NCBI GenBank assembly: GCA_038087875.1
Contig: CM075996.1
Coordinates: 3,970,001 to 4,034,000, forward strand
Reading direction: 5' to 3'
Source of the DNA: Malacoraja senta
Taxonomy: Eukaryota
Length of the DNA stretch: 64,000 nt
Below, piece after piece: positions 62,858-64,000 of this stretch. Both the position numbers and the translations under genes were made by a program. Position 1 is the stretch's first letter. Each line of letters starts with the position of its first letter. The notes under the pieces were generated by a model, which worked only from the letters and a program-made list of their open reading frames with translations, did not search any database and was not told the DNA's origin.

Positions 62858-63043
62858 AGGGCCTGTCCCACTTGGGCATCATTTGTGCATAATTTACGCG
62901 ACGTCATTTACGCGTCACATGGTGCGTGGCGATGTAGGCAGTGACGCGCGGTTGCGCACGGCGCCCCAGGATTTTGGGGATGTACAAATTCTTCGCTCGC
63001 CATCTGCGTGACGCGCAAATGACGCCCAAGTGGGACAGGCCCT
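62858..63043. mobile_element. Harbinger-like MITE
   Basis: TIRs AGGGCCTGTCCCACTTGGGC / GCCCAAGTGGGACAGGCCCT, TAA TSD. Confidence 0.9.
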
Positions 63044-63487
63044 TAACATTAATCAGGAGGACGGTGAAATTCGTCGGAGAACTAGGGTGGGGGAGGGAAC
63101 GGTGAGAGGGAAAGCAAGGGTTACTTGAAGTTGGAGAATTCAATGTTCATACCGCTGGGGTGTAAGCTGCCCAAGCGAAATAGTGAGGGGAGCAGAGAGG
63201 ATCAAGCAGTGGGTAGTGAGGGGAGCAGAGAGGATCACTGGCGTCTCCCTACCCTCCGTACAAGAACTGTTCCAGAGCCGCTGTCTGAAAAATGCTCAGA
63301 GAATTGCTAAGGACAAACTGCACCCCCTCCACATACACCTGGATCTCCCGCCATCAGGCAAGAGATATCGCAGCATCAAAGCCCGGACTACAAGACTGCT
63401 AAACAGCTTCCTGCCATATGCTGCGAGGCTGCTAAACAGCCACTCTGTACTCACAGTCACCTGATTCTGCGGCTTGGCACGGACACG

Positions 63488-63597
63488 TCAATAACTGGCA
63501 CTGGCCACTTCAATAACTGGCACTGGCCACTTCAATAACTGGCACGGACACTTCAATAACTGGCACTGGCCACTTCAATAACTGGCACTGGCCACTC
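63488..63597. repeat. 22-bp minisatellite (about 5 copies) in a Rex1-like 3' UTR
   Basis: Unit caataactggcactggccactt. Confidence 0.9.
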
Positions 63598-64000
63598 AAA
63601 TCCGCTGCCCCGGACATGTTTATGATTGGTTTTACTGTATTTTAACGTTGTTGTTTTACCTACTTTTTAACTATTTATACTGTTCCATCAAGGACTGGAT
63701 TGTTTTTCGTGTTATTATGCGTGAAATGTTTTAAATTTCATGTGCGATGCTCCGGTATTCCCTGGGAAACGTCTTTTCATTTTGCACTGTACAACTGTTG
63801 CTTGCAAGATGACAATAAAGGATGATTGATTGATTGATCAGGCGCTGTTCCTCCAACTTGTACTGGGCCTCACTCTGACAGTGGAGGAGGCCCAGGACAG
63901 AGAGGTCAGTGTGGCGATGGGAGGGGGGAGTTAAAATGTTTAATAACCAAGAGATCGCGGAGGCCAAGGCGGACCGAGCGGAGGTGTTCAGCGAACGGAT

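Overview
Repeat-rich vertebrate genomic DNA, almost certainly from a cartilaginous fish (probably a skate or ray, inferred from HE1-type SINEs and the CR1/Penelope repeat mix), with one 200-N gap at 15059-15258. Two intron-containing genes lie on the + strand. (1) A complete 4-exon ferritin gene (5213-9590, 174 aa) of the lower/L-subunit type. It has lost nearly all ferroxidase ligands and most nucleation glutamates, and no IRE is visible. (2) A 3'-incomplete R3-subtype receptor tyrosine phosphatase most like PTPRH/SAP-1 (17445 to beyond 61013). It has a micro-exon, ten near-identical 278-279-nt FN3 exons, two divergent FN3 exons, a TM exon, a juxtamembrane exon and four wedge/PTP-domain exons; the signal-peptide exon was not found. 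The FN3 array shows exon homogenisation amid diverged introns, a two-exon higher-order periodicity, the relic of a deleted exon, and a very recent (or artefactual) 2.34-kb tandem duplication. Introns hold CR1, L2, Rex1/Babar and L1 fragments, HE1 SINEs, Harbinger and hAT MITEs, a near-full teleost-like L2 ORF2, and many Penelope-derived repeats with a minimal hammerhead-ribozyme motif. Most entries in the supplied ORF track are spurious or come from repeats.
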